From positions 8,791 through 72,790 of the forward strand of contig JAFGLO010000003.1 of NCBI GenBank assembly GCA_016927995.1: a stretch of 64,000 bases of DNA, written 5' to 3'. Below are positions 36,084 through 46,151 of this stretch, piece by piece. How positions within the stretch are numbered: position 1 is the first letter of the stretch; each line of letters begins with the position of its first letter. The translations under genes and the position numbers were made by a program. The notes under the pieces were generated by a model. It saw only the letters and a program-made list of their open reading frames with translations, ran no database searches and was not told where the DNA came from. Source of the DNA: Candidatus Dojkabacteria bacterium (GTDB taxonomy: Bacteria; Patescibacteriota; Dojkabacteria; JAFGLO01).

Positions 36084-38402
36084 TTATTTTTCTGAAACCA
36101 GGATACGCGTATTAACAATTTTTTCACGTTTTGACTGATTCTGTATAAGTATACCATTTTCATTATTTGGTGCAACAATTTCATGATATACGCTATTTAC
36201 CGTAAGCTTATACCTACCCTTTTTTACCCAAAACAAAAATGTACCAAAATCATCCGTTACTCGCCTATCAATTACCTGGGAAAATTCCAAGTCGACAAGG
36301 TCTATAGTTATACCCGGAACCGGAGTACCATCTGCTAAAACAACCTTTCCCTTTCGAGTAGATGAAGGCGTAGTCAGTTCTAAAAGCTTAAGCAACAAAA
36401 AGAACACACTTATTCCAAATAAAACATAGTTATACCAGGCTGGACTTAATACAAGAACAATTCCCGAAAAGATAAAGCTTGCAATCACAATTAGTGTGTT
36501 AAATCTTGTAAAAAAGTTGTTTAGACCTATCGAAAGCTTTCGCACAAATCGACTTTGGATTTTATATTGAATAGGGTCAAGTGGAATACTAACCGCAGAA
36601 TCATATTTTTCAAATTGCTTGTAGGCAGAATGCGTATACACGTTGGTATATGGAAAGTCATTTTCGACCAGCACAATATCCGAAGGAAAAGTATAGCCCT
36701 TTAAACTTGCATGTAACTGGATCGGCTCGTCAACTTTTTTAAAATAAAATGTACCCCTGAAATCGGTAACTGCAGTTCTTAAAAGCTTGTGGTCTTTATT
36801 AAACACACGAATCACAACCCGAGCTAATGGCTCCTTTGTCAATGAATTGTATACAACACCCTGCTTAAGAGGTAATTTTGTAAACCCGATAAGGTTAAAT
36901 AGGTTTAAAATTAACTGGAAGAAATAAGGAACATTTAAAACCTGCCACCAGAGGTATACGTTTACTGCCGCTAAAGCATAGGCACCTGCAGCAGTTACGT
37001 TCTTTGCAACTTCGGGTACAGACTTAATAAATACCTGGGTACGCTCAAAGAGATCCACAAGAAATTCAATCTGTGTCTCGAAAAAGCCTTTTACCGGTTC
37101 AATTATCGGTGCCTCCCTTTGTATTTCCAAAACCCTCTGATTCGATTCCCCTTCCGGACCTGTAATCGTTGTATATTGAATCTTAAAGACATATACTCCG
37201 TACCAAAGTTCCTGATTAGACCCCCAGATTTCATTAAGATTGTAGACATTTTGTGCACCGGAGATTAACCCCCAAGACTCAAACGGACCTCCATCTTTAC
37301 TTACAAGTAATATAGCCTCGGTTATCCCATCCCATAAGGCGTCTACACTTATCGTTATTAGCCCATTATTATTGTATGTAGCACTTTCAAGATATATATA
37401 TACGTCTTCATACACCTGAGTACTGCTAACAATATTTGACCATGTAGTTTCGTTTTCATAGGGTCCCTTACATTTAGCTCTGTAAAAATATTTCTGACCT
37501 ATGGACAAGTCTTCAAATGTATAAAACTCGGTTAGGATATACCCTGAATTTGATAATACTTCGGAAAAGTCGTGGAAAACCGAAATTTCCAGATAGTAGG
37601 AAGCACACCCTAACCCAGGATTTATGTAAATTGTATTTTGATTACCTATTGTAAATTCAGGCTCTTCCTGGAGAGTCGGCGAACTTATTGGATAAACCTG
37701 CAAACTATTTACAATATTCGACCAATTACTTTCATAATTAAACTCGTTTCTGCACATGACCCGATAGTAATACATTGTATCGACAGCAAGTCCCGAAAAT
37801 GTATAGCTAGTGCTCGAAACAAATCCCGACTCGGCAACTATATCGGAAAAGGATAAATCCCTTGAGGCCTGCGCAAGATAATTATGACACCCCGTACCGG
37901 CGGACCAGTAAACCGTATTTGAGGAACCTACCGTTTCTGCAGGCTCGGGTTGCATTATGGGTGCAACCATCTGGCCTACTGTAAAACTATCGGTGTAAGT
38001 AAGTGTAAAGGAATAGGGTGAGGTTACATCGATACTAACGTCATACGTTCCGGGGTTCGTACAGCTTATGTATCCGGTTGCAATCCCGTTTATGTCCGTT
38101 GGAGACATTGGCTGAGTAACATCGCAAGAAGAGATCGGATCAACATTTATATAAACATAAAATCCCGGTACGGGCACATAGCTTAATCCTCGAAGATAGA
38201 TTGTTACGGCAACAGGTTCTGCCTGCTCTGCAATTGAAGGATTCAGGGTAAAGTATGAATTATCCCTGTAATAGTTTATGTATTCACTATATACGGTTGC
38301 ATTTATTTCAACGTCTGTCTGAGCAAAGATCGGATAAACTCCCATGAAAAACCAGGCTAACGTTGCGAGTACGAATATGTATAGTATGCTTGAAGTTTTC
38401 AT
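36084..38402 (-). CDS. Large surface protein: signal peptide, two FN3-like repeats, then CarboxypepD_reg-like / TM hairpin / CarboxypepD_reg-like module
   Basis: Signal MKTSSILYIFVLATLAWFFMGVYPIFA. Two ~95-aa repeats ending ...YYYRVMCRNEFNYESNWSNIVNSLQ and ...YFYRAKCKGPYENETTWSNIVSSTQ. Beta-sandwich segments ARVVIRVFNKDHKLLRTAVTDFRGTFYF and GKVVLADGTPVPGITIDLVDL...TDDFGTFLFWVKKGRYKL are separated by TM helices. Confidence 0.5.
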   Translation of the reverse strand: MKTSSILYIFVLATLAWFFMGVYPIFAQTDVEINATVYSEYINYYRDNSYFTLNPSIAEQAEPVAVTIYLRGLSYVPVPGFYVYINVDPISSCDVTQPMSPTDINGIATGYISCTNPGTYDVSIDVTSPYSFTLTYTDSFTVGQMVAPIMQPEPAETVGSSNTVYWSAGTGCHNYLAQASRDLSFSDIVAESGFVSSTSYTFSGLAVDTMYYYRVMCRNEFNYESNWSNIVNSLQVYPISSPTLQEEPEFTIGNQNTIYINPGLGCASYYLEISVFHDFSEVLSNSGYILTEFYTFEDLSIGQKYFYRAKCKGPYENETTWSNIVSSTQVYEDVYIYLESATYNNNGLITISVDALWDGITEAILLVSKDGGPFESWGLISGAQNVYNLNEIWGSNQELWYGVYVFKIQYTTITGPEGESNQRVLEIQREAPIIEPVKGFFETQIEFLVDLFERTQVFIKSVPEVAKNVTAAGAYALAAVNVYLWWQVLNVPYFFQLILNLFNLIGFTKLPLKQGVVYNSLTKEPLARVVIRVFNKDHKLLRTAVTDFRGTFYFKKVDEPIQLHASLKGYTFPSDIVLVENDFPYTNVYTHSAYKQFEKYDSAVSIPLDPIQYKIQSRFVRKLSIGLNNFFTRFNTLIVIASFIFSGIVLVLSPAWYNYVLFGISVFFLLLKLLELTTPSSTRKGKVVLADGTPVPGITIDLVDLEFSQVIDRRVTDDFGTFLFWVKKGRYKLTVNSVYHEIVAPNNENGILIQNQSKREKIVNTRILVSEK

Positions 38403-38459
38403 TAAAGAATATTAAACTCTCGTAGTGTTCCAGTATATGTTAAATCCTAATAAATAACA

Positions 38460-39131
38460 ATGGCTACCATATTTATTCATTCCGACCCAGATATCACTAA
38501 AGCCCGCGTAACAAGATACTTATCAAGAAAATTAAAAATTAACAAAGAAATTTCACTTGATCAAAATACACTTCCCGATATCCATATCCTTCTAGGAACT
38601 GAGAGTATAAAAATAAACGAGATTAAAAAACTCATGGATGATCTTTCGTTTAAACCTATGCAGCTCTCCAAGCAATTTGGGATAATAATGAACGCCCATA
38701 TGATGACTCCTACAGCCCAAAATGCCCTTTTAAAAAATCTCGAAGAACACCCGGATAGTACCGAATATATACTAACAACTCAGGATATTCATTTGCTTCT
38801 TCCCACAATCATTTCACGATGCAGGGTCAAATATGTTAAAAAAGCATTCCACAAAACTGAGATTCCGGATGTCTGCAAAGAATTCAACTCTTCTCCCAAA
38901 TACAGAAAATTATTAATTGTTAAGGAGATTTCAGATCAAAAGGATTCAAACGTCGTTTTTTCATTCCTAACCGGATTATTGCGATTAAGCCAAGAAGATC
39001 TTTCAAGCAAAAAACTAAATGTAGCCACCCCAAATATAAAGCTTGTACAATTTGTCCAAAACTATATAAAGCAAAACGTAAACAAGGCGCTGGCGCTTGA
39101 TTATCTTGTTATTCACTGGAAGCGAATTTAA
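38460..39131 (+). CDS. holB: DNA polymerase III delta-prime-like clamp-loader subunit (short form, no Walker A)
   Basis: MTPTAQNALLKNLEEHPDSTEYILTT...LLPTIISRCRV matches the delta'/delta sensor and SRC region. The N-terminal P-loop is absent. Confidence 0.5.
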   Translation: MATIFIHSDPDITKARVTRYLSRKLKINKEISLDQNTLPDIHILLGTESIKINEIKKLMDDLSFKPMQLSKQFGIIMNAHMMTPTAQNALLKNLEEHPDSTEYILTTQDIHLLLPTIISRCRVKYVKKAFHKTEIPDVCKEFNSSPKYRKLLIVKEISDQKDSNVVFSFLTGLLRLSQEDLSSKKLNVATPNIKLVQFVQNYIKQNVNKALALDYLVIHWKRI

Positions 39132-39586
39132 TCTGTTTTAATTTGTACTTCTATTCTACTTTCAGGAAGAATGTTTGGGACTCTATCCGCCCACTCAATT
39201 ATTACCAGTCCACCAATTTCCAAGAATTCAAACAAAGATATTGATTCCTTAAACTCTTCTTCCGTTAGTCGATATGCATCTATATGAAACACAGGTCCAT
39301 TAAAAACTTTCCCTGAAGCTATGTATTCATTCATTAAAACAAAGGTGGGACTTACAACTGGCTCCTTGACATTAAGTGTTGCCAAAAGTTTACCTGTAAG
39401 ATATGTTTTTCCTGCGCCAAGTTCACCATACAAGCAAATACATTTGCATTCGGGAATAAGCTTCAGCACTTCTGACACCAATGCATCGTAATCTTTAAAT
39501 TCTAGTGTTTTTTCTTTGTATTTAACCAAATACTCCCTACTGACACTCACTTCTCCCTCCGACGATTGGACAGCTGAAGTTTTCAA
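39128..39586 (-). CDS. tsaE: tRNA threonylcarbamoyladenosine biosynthesis protein TsaE (YjeE)
   Basis: P-loop LYGELGAGKTYL. The SPTF motif and HIDAYRL region are typical of TsaE. Confidence 0.8.
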   Translation of the reverse strand: MKTSAVQSSEGEVSVSREYLVKYKEKTLEFKDYDALVSEVLKLIPECKCICLYGELGAGKTYLTGKLLATLNVKEPVVSPTFVLMNEYIASGKVFNGPVFHIDAYRLTEEEFKESISLFEFLEIGGLVIIEWADRVPNILPESRIEVQIKTD

Positions 39587-42500
39587 CGTTTATTCTCCCA
39601 AGATACTCTCGTACAATGTCAATATACTTAGGATCATATATGAAAACCTCGGCCGGATGATTTCTGTTGGCGCCTATTCCAAGACTTCGACCTAACGTTA
39701 TATTCCCCATGGAAAAGAGGGTACCCTTTAGCACAAGCTGGTTTGTATCAGCCTGTATTAATGTACTGCCCGAAACGATTATTGCTGCCTCAATATAATC
39801 ATCGGATACCGTATCACCGTTCCTATCAAGAGTAGCACTTGCACCCGGACCAATAGTTAAATTGCCCCTCACAATAAATACAATCCCGCTTGATACATTT
39901 GCGCCCCTAAGGTCCGGTGAAATTGTAAGATCACCATCTACAAAGATTACCTTTACACCTGAATATGTTCCTGATGCCACTCCTCCGCCCCACCTGAATA
40001 CTCCGTTTGATGAATTCGTAGTCAACGTAGTAGAATTAAGAACCGTCCAACTATCTCCTGCGTAACCGGTATTAAGTTCAGCCGTCTGTTTGAGTAGACT
40101 ATACCAGTCAACATTTCCTCCACTTGATGAAGTTTTGTTACGCTCGCCCGGATATCCTGTTATCACAAATGAGCTTTGGGATGTTCCTGTTGTAAGGGTG
40201 CTTGGAGTAACATTTATAGATCCGCCTGAATAAGCAAGATAACTTGATAAATACCACAACTGCCCAAAACTCGTTCCATTATTTGCAATACCTACGGTAA
40301 TATTTCCTCCGGAGTAAACATCACCCTTACTTGTAACAAACCATGGAGCATCAATTGTATAACCTAAGGTTGCTATTCGTTTGTTTCCTGCCAGATCTTG
40401 TGCAGTTACCCTAAAATTGTAAGTACCGCTACCAATTCCCGAAACAATTACGTAACAAGTACCGGACAATGTCCCTGCCGCTTGCGTACACGTTGTTGAG
40501 ACTATATTCCCAGGAGCAAACCTTGTATACGTCCCTCCATTCACCGAAAATCTCAAATTGAAAAACCCGGAGGTTGAAGTTTCTGATGCAAACGAAGCTC
40601 CTCCCGCAAGTCCACCTCCATCTTCCGCTACCTGTGAATCAGAATAGGAAATATTTATCCTAAGTCTGTCGGCATAATAACCGCCGACTCCGTTTGAAAC
40701 TGCCTCTATACTTGTAATATTTGCGCTTGGTGCAGAATTATCAACATAAAGCTCAAAGTCATTGTCTGTAGGTAAACAACCCCATGAGCTTCCATTCCAT
40801 GCACAGGCATAATGACCATTGGGTCCAATATTTGCTCTCATCAGTGACCAACTGCTACGAACACTGGTACCATTAAATTGTACTATTCCGCTTTTATCTG
40901 ATGCATGTTGGAAAAGATATAACTTCCCGGATAAACTGCTACTTACGGGTCTATATGTATAATTTACCGTAACAACGCCGGATGCCTTGGTTACTGACTG
41001 AGTGCGCACTTCCGTGTTACCAACGGTGCAGGAACCGGAAGTAGCCGTATCGGTACCCGAACTTGTTAACGAACATAAGCTTGTGCTACCGGCCAAGTTG
41101 GTTGTCCAGTAAGATTGACTACTAAAATCAGGGGAAATTGACCATGGATATCTTCGCCAATCGTTATCACAACCATTTCCGGTGTTTTTAGGTTGGCAGA
41201 AACTATATGCGTAATTCCAACCGCAATTTGCCGTTGCATTACACGAACTAGCATTGGTTACTGTTCTACAAGATATTGTACCATTGTATGAATTATCACA
41301 ATTTTTATTTATCATTTCGGACAGTCCACAAGAGCAAAGGCTTCCCGTACCAATATATTGAATACCTCTCATTACCCAGTTACCTGTACCACCTGCCCTT
41401 ATGTTATCGGCTCTAAGCATAAATGCTGCGGCCAGACCCGCCCTATTTGTCTCGGGAGCATTGTTACTACTTTGAAGCCAGTAAGCAAGATTTGTAACTG
41501 AATCAATTGAGAATGTATGCCCAATGGTTGATCGAATATTAATTTGTTTTAAGTTTGCATTATTACCGACATAAAGTTGACATTTGTTTCTAACCGCATT
41601 CCAAGCACAGGCTGACTTGGCCTGACATGTTGCACTTGTTTTATATGAATTACAGTTATCGTAATAAGTTGCAGCATCGGTACTTACCTGCACGGTATTG
41701 ATTGTTGGATAAGCATTTACAAACCTATAAAAGAAATTTTTAAAATCACCTCCCCAAGCAGTTACATTACACCTTCTCATATCACCTGTTGCTATTTGGA
41801 CAATGTTAACTCTACCTATTGTTGATGGATTGGTCCGTTCCAAAAGATAATTCTGAATATCAGGAGTGTAATTTCTTTGAGAATTTTCCATACTGTAAGT
41901 TGCGTTACAGTTGCTTGGACTATCCTGGCACGTATTTGTTATCTTTTGATTGGCGTCGTTGTTACATTTCCAACCACCTCCCTCGGGACAGTAATCATAG
42001 ATCCAGGTATTTCTTGTGTTGTACATTGCCTGAACAGCTTGTGCATTAGGCCACGTAGCCGATGTTTTAATATATACGTTTAGAGCAAAGTCATACTGAA
42101 TCCACTTACCAACCCCAGTTATTCTGTCTGACATAATATAAACGGGCGTTCCGGCAGGTGGAAGCTGAATGGTTGTAGGTTGGTTAGGATTTGTAGAAAG
42201 TGATTTACATGTTTCAGTGCTTATACTTCCAATACATAGGTAACCAAAGGTTGTTTGCATCGGCGGACCAGATACAGTTTCAATACAGCCTGGCGGAGTC
42301 GGTGATGGCGGAATAACCGGTGTTGTTCCACAGGTATATATATTTCCACAGGCACAAGTAAATGAACAATTTGCCCCTGCAGGACACGCACTTCCAACAC
42401 AGTGAACTCCCGCACAGCCACAAGTAGTACTGCATGTGCCTTGCCTGCAAAATCGACCATCGGAACAATACTCACCAGCGCCAAAGTTCTGACAACAACA

Positions 42501-42683
42501 GCTAACGCTAGGTCCACAATTATTCACAACGGGAGTTGGACTAACAGTACAAGCGGTTATTGTACAATCAGCCCATACCTTAAACCTTCCAAACAAAAAT
42601 ATTCCCCCACCGAACAAAAATACTCCAAGAACCAATTGAACTGTAAACCATAGGGGTTTTGACCTTTTAACTGCAGCTAGCAT
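39537..42683 (-). CDS. Giant (1048 aa) secreted Cys-rich surface protein
   Basis: N-terminal TM/signal (LWFTVQLVLGVFLFGGGIFLFG). A dense N-terminal CxxC/CC-rich region. A long Thr/Ser/Asn/Gly-rich body with Ig-like (NFRVTAQDLAGN) and beta-helix-like C-terminal repeats. Last gene of the pilus-containing transcription unit. Confidence 0.5.
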   Translation of the reverse strand: MLAAVKRSKPLWFTVQLVLGVFLFGGGIFLFGRFKVWADCTITACTVSPTPVVNNCGPSVSCCCQNFGAGEYCSDGRFCRQGTCSTTCGCAGVHCVGSACPAGANCSFTCACGNIYTCGTTPVIPPSPTPPGCIETVSGPPMQTTFGYLCIGSISTETCKSLSTNPNQPTTIQLPPAGTPVYIMSDRITGVGKWIQYDFALNVYIKTSATWPNAQAVQAMYNTRNTWIYDYCPEGGGWKCNNDANQKITNTCQDSPSNCNATYSMENSQRNYTPDIQNYLLERTNPSTIGRVNIVQIATGDMRRCNVTAWGGDFKNFFYRFVNAYPTINTVQVSTDAATYYDNCNSYKTSATCQAKSACAWNAVRNKCQLYVGNNANLKQINIRSTIGHTFSIDSVTNLAYWLQSSNNAPETNRAGLAAAFMLRADNIRAGGTGNWVMRGIQYIGTGSLCSCGLSEMINKNCDNSYNGTISCRTVTNASSCNATANCGWNYAYSFCQPKNTGNGCDNDWRRYPWSISPDFSSQSYWTTNLAGSTSLCSLTSSGTDTATSGSCTVGNTEVRTQSVTKASGVVTVNYTYRPVSSSLSGKLYLFQHASDKSGIVQFNGTSVRSSWSLMRANIGPNGHYACAWNGSSWGCLPTDNDFELYVDNSAPSANITSIEAVSNGVGGYYADRLRINISYSDSQVAEDGGGLAGGASFASETSTSGFFNLRFSVNGGTYTRFAPGNIVSTTCTQAAGTLSGTCYVIVSGIGSGTYNFRVTAQDLAGNKRIATLGYTIDAPWFVTSKGDVYSGGNITVGIANNGTSFGQLWYLSSYLAYSGGSINVTPSTLTTGTSQSSFVITGYPGERNKTSSSGGNVDWYSLLKQTAELNTGYAGDSWTVLNSTTLTTNSSNGVFRWGGGVASGTYSGVKVIFVDGDLTISPDLRGANVSSGIVFIVRGNLTIGPGASATLDRNGDTVSDDYIEAAIIVSGSTLIQADTNQLVLKGTLFSMGNITLGRSLGIGANRNHPAEVFIYDPKYIDIVREYLGRINVENFSCPIVGGRSECQ

Positions 42684-42686
42684 TGA

Positions 42687-44243
42687 TTAGTTCATAAAGT
42701 TAGGTTGTTCTGTTGTAGTTTCCCGGCTTATTGCCTTAGACAAAAGATATGCCCACCAACCTGTAGAGGAAACTTCATACAACTGCTCTATATTACTAGC
42801 CCCGGGGTTTGAGTATCTGGTTCCCTTTATTGCACCATATCCCTGGGATAATGTATCAAGTTCTATCATTCCAGAAGAAATTACATATCCATACAAAATA
42901 TCGAGCTGATCTTGATATGAAGCTCTGTTATCTGGATCGCTAATATATAGTGTCTCAAAGGCGTCAATACAAGGCAGAATATTCATTGGGTCATTTGTTA
43001 TGCTTTGATTTTCGGCAAAAGTCCTCTCGCCATAAATTTTTTTAATATCACCTCTTGTAACAATATAATCTACATATCCTAAAAATTTTCTATCACCTGT
43101 TGCATCGTAAAGTCTGGCCCCTGCCTGAATCGCATAACAACTTGATGTTTTAAAATCAATATCATCCGTGAGTGAAGGTTCGATATCGTTTTCATAATAG
43201 AGAAACAGGTGGACTTGGTTAAGTAATGAGATCGCACCAAATAAATAACCCCTGTCTTGCGTCATTTTATATGCATTACTTAGCTCAATAGACCCTACGG
43301 CTGCCATATTAGTTGAATTCTCAATGCCTGTACCAGTCATTTCATTCCCAAAATTAACCGGCAAAGTAGAAACGTATTCGGTAAAATACATGAAATCAAA
43401 TGCACTATTATAACCTGGGTCTGTATAATAGCTTTCATCGTATCTTTCACGAACAACAGCTATATAATCATCGGCGTATTCGGCTTTGCTGGCATCCGAC
43501 GAAAGTACAATGTCGCCGTATTGGAAAAGCCTGGATTCAAAATACCCGACAGGAATTGATTCATCTGTTAAGTCATCAAGATAAGTTGAATAATCTGCTA
43601 CTTCACTATCAAGCATGTCATTTCCGAAAAAGGCATAATTAACCCAGTTATATGGCTTATAGTCTTCGGAACCTAACTCGCAGTTGCCTGTAAAGGTTTT
43701 GCATGTAAGCCAAAATGGGTATTTTCCATCCGATGTTTCATCTACCTTTTCCAAAAAAGAAACGGCAGCTTCCTGCAAAAATTCATGGTCGGTAATGCCT
43801 TGATAATCTCCGCACGAGGTTACGTCGACCTTTCTAAAAAGCCTTAAACCTAAAAGATTTAAATAATCGAGTTTTAAAATTACGCAGCCCTGACCGGCAG
43901 TTAAGTTAGTATTTTTTGGCAGAAACACATCGGTCAGTGTTGACGTATTTAAAAGCGACTCTGTAATAGAAAAGGAATACTTTGAGTAAAAAAGACTGTC
44001 AGTTTTAGAGACAACTTCCCCTTTTAGAAAAATAGTCTCGGATGTTCCATTAGATACTACCGAAGCCATTTGACCTTCAAAGTTAACAGTTTTAAAAGGT
44101 TGCCCAAATACAATCCTTTGAGTCAACACGTTATACAAAAAGAATGACCCAACAAGTATAACTAATACAAGTCCGGTTATCCATACATATTTTGGGACTT
44201 TTTTCTTTATATTTATAGCCATTTTATTCTTCTTCCAAAACAC
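42687..44243 (-). CDS. N-anchored secreted protein (518 aa), hypothetical
   Basis: N-terminal TM (VWITGLVLVILVGSFFLYNVL). Large Tyr/Asp-rich ectodomain. Lies 4 nt upstream of the giant Cys-rich gene. Confidence 0.45.
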   Translation of the reverse strand: MFWKKNKMAINIKKKVPKYVWITGLVLVILVGSFFLYNVLTQRIVFGQPFKTVNFEGQMASVVSNGTSETIFLKGEVVSKTDSLFYSKYSFSITESLLNTSTLTDVFLPKNTNLTAGQGCVILKLDYLNLLGLRLFRKVDVTSCGDYQGITDHEFLQEAAVSFLEKVDETSDGKYPFWLTCKTFTGNCELGSEDYKPYNWVNYAFFGNDMLDSEVADYSTYLDDLTDESIPVGYFESRLFQYGDIVLSSDASKAEYADDYIAVVRERYDESYYTDPGYNSAFDFMYFTEYVSTLPVNFGNEMTGTGIENSTNMAAVGSIELSNAYKMTQDRGYLFGAISLLNQVHLFLYYENDIEPSLTDDIDFKTSSCYAIQAGARLYDATGDRKFLGYVDYIVTRGDIKKIYGERTFAENQSITNDPMNILPCIDAFETLYISDPDNRASYQDQLDILYGYVISSGMIELDTLSQGYGAIKGTRYSNPGASNIEQLYEVSSTGWWAYLLSKAISRETTTEQPNFMN

Positions 44244-44607
44244 GCTTAACTTCTTTCACGATCCCTTCCATGTCCATTTCGGTCTTAATTACATAACCGT
44301 CGGCGCCTAGCTCAAAACACTCTTTTATTGTACGCTCGCTAGCAAGATTTGTAAGAACCAAAACTTTTGGATCGCCATAAACCTTTGGTTCTTTTCGCAT
44401 TACGGAAAGAACTTCGGTTCCGCTAATTCCGGGCATCATAAGATCAAGAAGAACAAGGTCAATTTCGTCTTTGTTTTCCTTCATAATGTCAAATGCCAGA
44501 TTTCCGTTAATTGCGGTTAACACGTTGAAATCGGCAAGTTCAAGCATCTGTTTATATTGCTCCAAGATTACGGATTCATCATCGACTATTAAAATTGTGT
44601 GCTTCAC
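44224..44607 (-). CDS. Stand-alone response-regulator receiver (CheY-like REC) domain protein
   Basis: ILIVDDE..., phospho-acceptor context VLLDLMMPGISG, conserved T (VLTNL) and K (GADGYVIKT). No output domain. Confidence 0.8.
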   Translation of the reverse strand: MKHTILIVDDESVILEQYKQMLELADFNVLTAINGNLAFDIMKENKDEIDLVLLDLMMPGISGTEVLSVMRKEPKVYGDPKVLVLTNLASERTIKECFELGADGYVIKTEMDMEGIVKEVKRVLEEE

Positions 44608-44651
44608 AATATTGCTCGAAACAATTTATATAATTCATAGTAGCAAAAGCC

Positions 44652-45587
44652 CTAGTTTTTGTCCAACTCACCTTCACCATTGTATAAAACGAAATCGAAT
44701 ATCGTAGCAACACCGTCATTTGCGTGGTCAGTTCGGTTTAAAATTGTATTTATACCACTACAACTTACATCGGCAACATAAATATACCTTTGCGTTGGAA
44801 GTTGTGCACCCACACCGGTTACAGAAACTGTGACATTACCATATAATGGCCGAATTCTTACGTAAAGGGGTTCAAATCCTGCCGTTGCAGTTTGCTTTAA
44901 ACCCCGAAGACTGCCTTTAACTGCAGTTTCCAAAGAATACCACAGTGGTTCCGTGGGCTCATAGGTTCCCGGGTTTCTAATAATAACCGGATCTTTAGGA
45001 TTTGTGATAGGATCTGTTGGGGTTTCAGTTCCCGGGATTGTCACTGTTTCATTCCCCGCAGCAGTTTCCGAACCAACAAGTTTGTAATTTATTTGCTTTG
45101 TAGTTCCGGGAATTACACTTTCTTTCAAAACCTCATACACTCCGGTTGAGGGGTTCTTTCCAATTGTCTTTACCACCAAAACAACGTTTGTTGATGTATC
45201 GCTACTTAGGGTAATTTGAATAGTTGAAGACTGAAGTAAACCATGAACATCAACCTCCAGAACGGAATCCTTAGCAACCGACTCATTCTCAATATAGTTT
45301 CGAGGAGTATAATCGACGGTTCCGGTACAACCTGCCGGAAGATCTGACCCATAAAGTGACGAAAGCGACATCTCACAGGTGCCGGCACAAGCATTTTCAT
45401 CGTTTATTAAGGAATACATCCTGTCTAAGGCTCCGCTTGCAACTGATGTTGCCGTCTCGGAAAGCCTGAGCTCGGTAACCTCACGCATATTTGTTAAAAC
45501 GCGAGAGGAAACGGCAATAATAATTAATGCCGCAATTGATATTGCAACTATAAGTAGCATAAGTGCAGCAGCTTTGTTCTTTTTCAT
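44652..45587 (-). CDS. PilX-like/minor pilin-like N-anchored protein
   Basis: N-terminal hydrophobic helix followed by a Thr/Ser-rich beta-rich domain. Position at the distal end of the pseudopilin run. No canonical F-T-L-x-E. Confidence 0.4.
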   Translation of the reverse strand: MKKNKAAALMLLIVAISIAALIIIAVSSRVLTNMREVTELRLSETATSVASGALDRMYSLINDENACAGTCEMSLSSLYGSDLPAGCTGTVDYTPRNYIENESVAKDSVLEVDVHGLLQSSTIQITLSSDTSTNVVLVVKTIGKNPSTGVYEVLKESVIPGTTKQINYKLVGSETAAGNETVTIPGTETPTDPITNPKDPVIIRNPGTYEPTEPLWYSLETAVKGSLRGLKQTATAGFEPLYVRIRPLYGNVTVSVTGVGAQLPTQRYIYVADVSCSGINTILNRTDHANDGVATIFDFVLYNGEGELDKN

Positions 45588-45602
45588 TTTTAGAGATTTT
45601 AA

Positions 45603-46151
45603 TTAATTATTGTATCCAACTTGAAAAGTCTCTGTATTTATCTCGGCTTGTCTTACCACTTTAACCTCCCCGGAAAATGGTCCATAAGTGGGAGAAGCCT
45701 CAATAGTTACAATTACAATATCATTTCCAAATTCTATACTTGCACATTCAAAGGTAAGACTACTAACATTCGTTTCTTTTCCAACAATATACACATCATT
45801 TGCAGAAATTGAAGGATTATTGGTCCGGATAATTGAACCAACATTGTCGTTTTGTCCATACTTAAAAACAACACTATCCTGCCCGCCAACCAAACCTAGG
45901 TACAATCCATCATCTTTACACATCTCGCTAAGTGCTGAATCGGCACTTTGAATATTGGATCTTATAACGGTAATTGCAAAATCAAGCTCTCCAACAACTT
46001 GAGTTTTCGCATTTATAAGATAGTTTACCCGAAGTGCTGATACAAGAAGGTTTGTAAGCGCAAGCATTATAATTCCAAGGGTTAAAATAGCAATTATTAG
46101 TTCGATCAAGGAAAATGCTTTTGTTTTTTTTCTGTTAATATTTTGATACAA
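45603..46151 (-). CDS. Type IV pilin-like protein (prepilin N-terminal methylation motif)
   Basis: MYQNINRKKTKA|FSLIELIIAILTLGII: class III signal with Glu at +5. Confidence 0.65.
   Translation of the reverse strand: MYQNINRKKTKAFSLIELIIAILTLGIIMLALTNLLVSALRVNYLINAKTQVVGELDFAITVIRSNIQSADSALSEMCKDDGLYLGLVGGQDSVVFKYGQNDNVGSIIRTNNPSISANDVYIVGKETNVSSLTFECASIEFGNDIVIVTIEASPTYGPFSGEVKVVRQAEINTETFQVGYNN

Noticed and set aside
39862-42653. Several 60-98 aa ORFs on both strands inside the giant Cys-rich gene
   Set aside because: They are nested within or antisense to a continuous 1048-codon frame and are likely non-coding.
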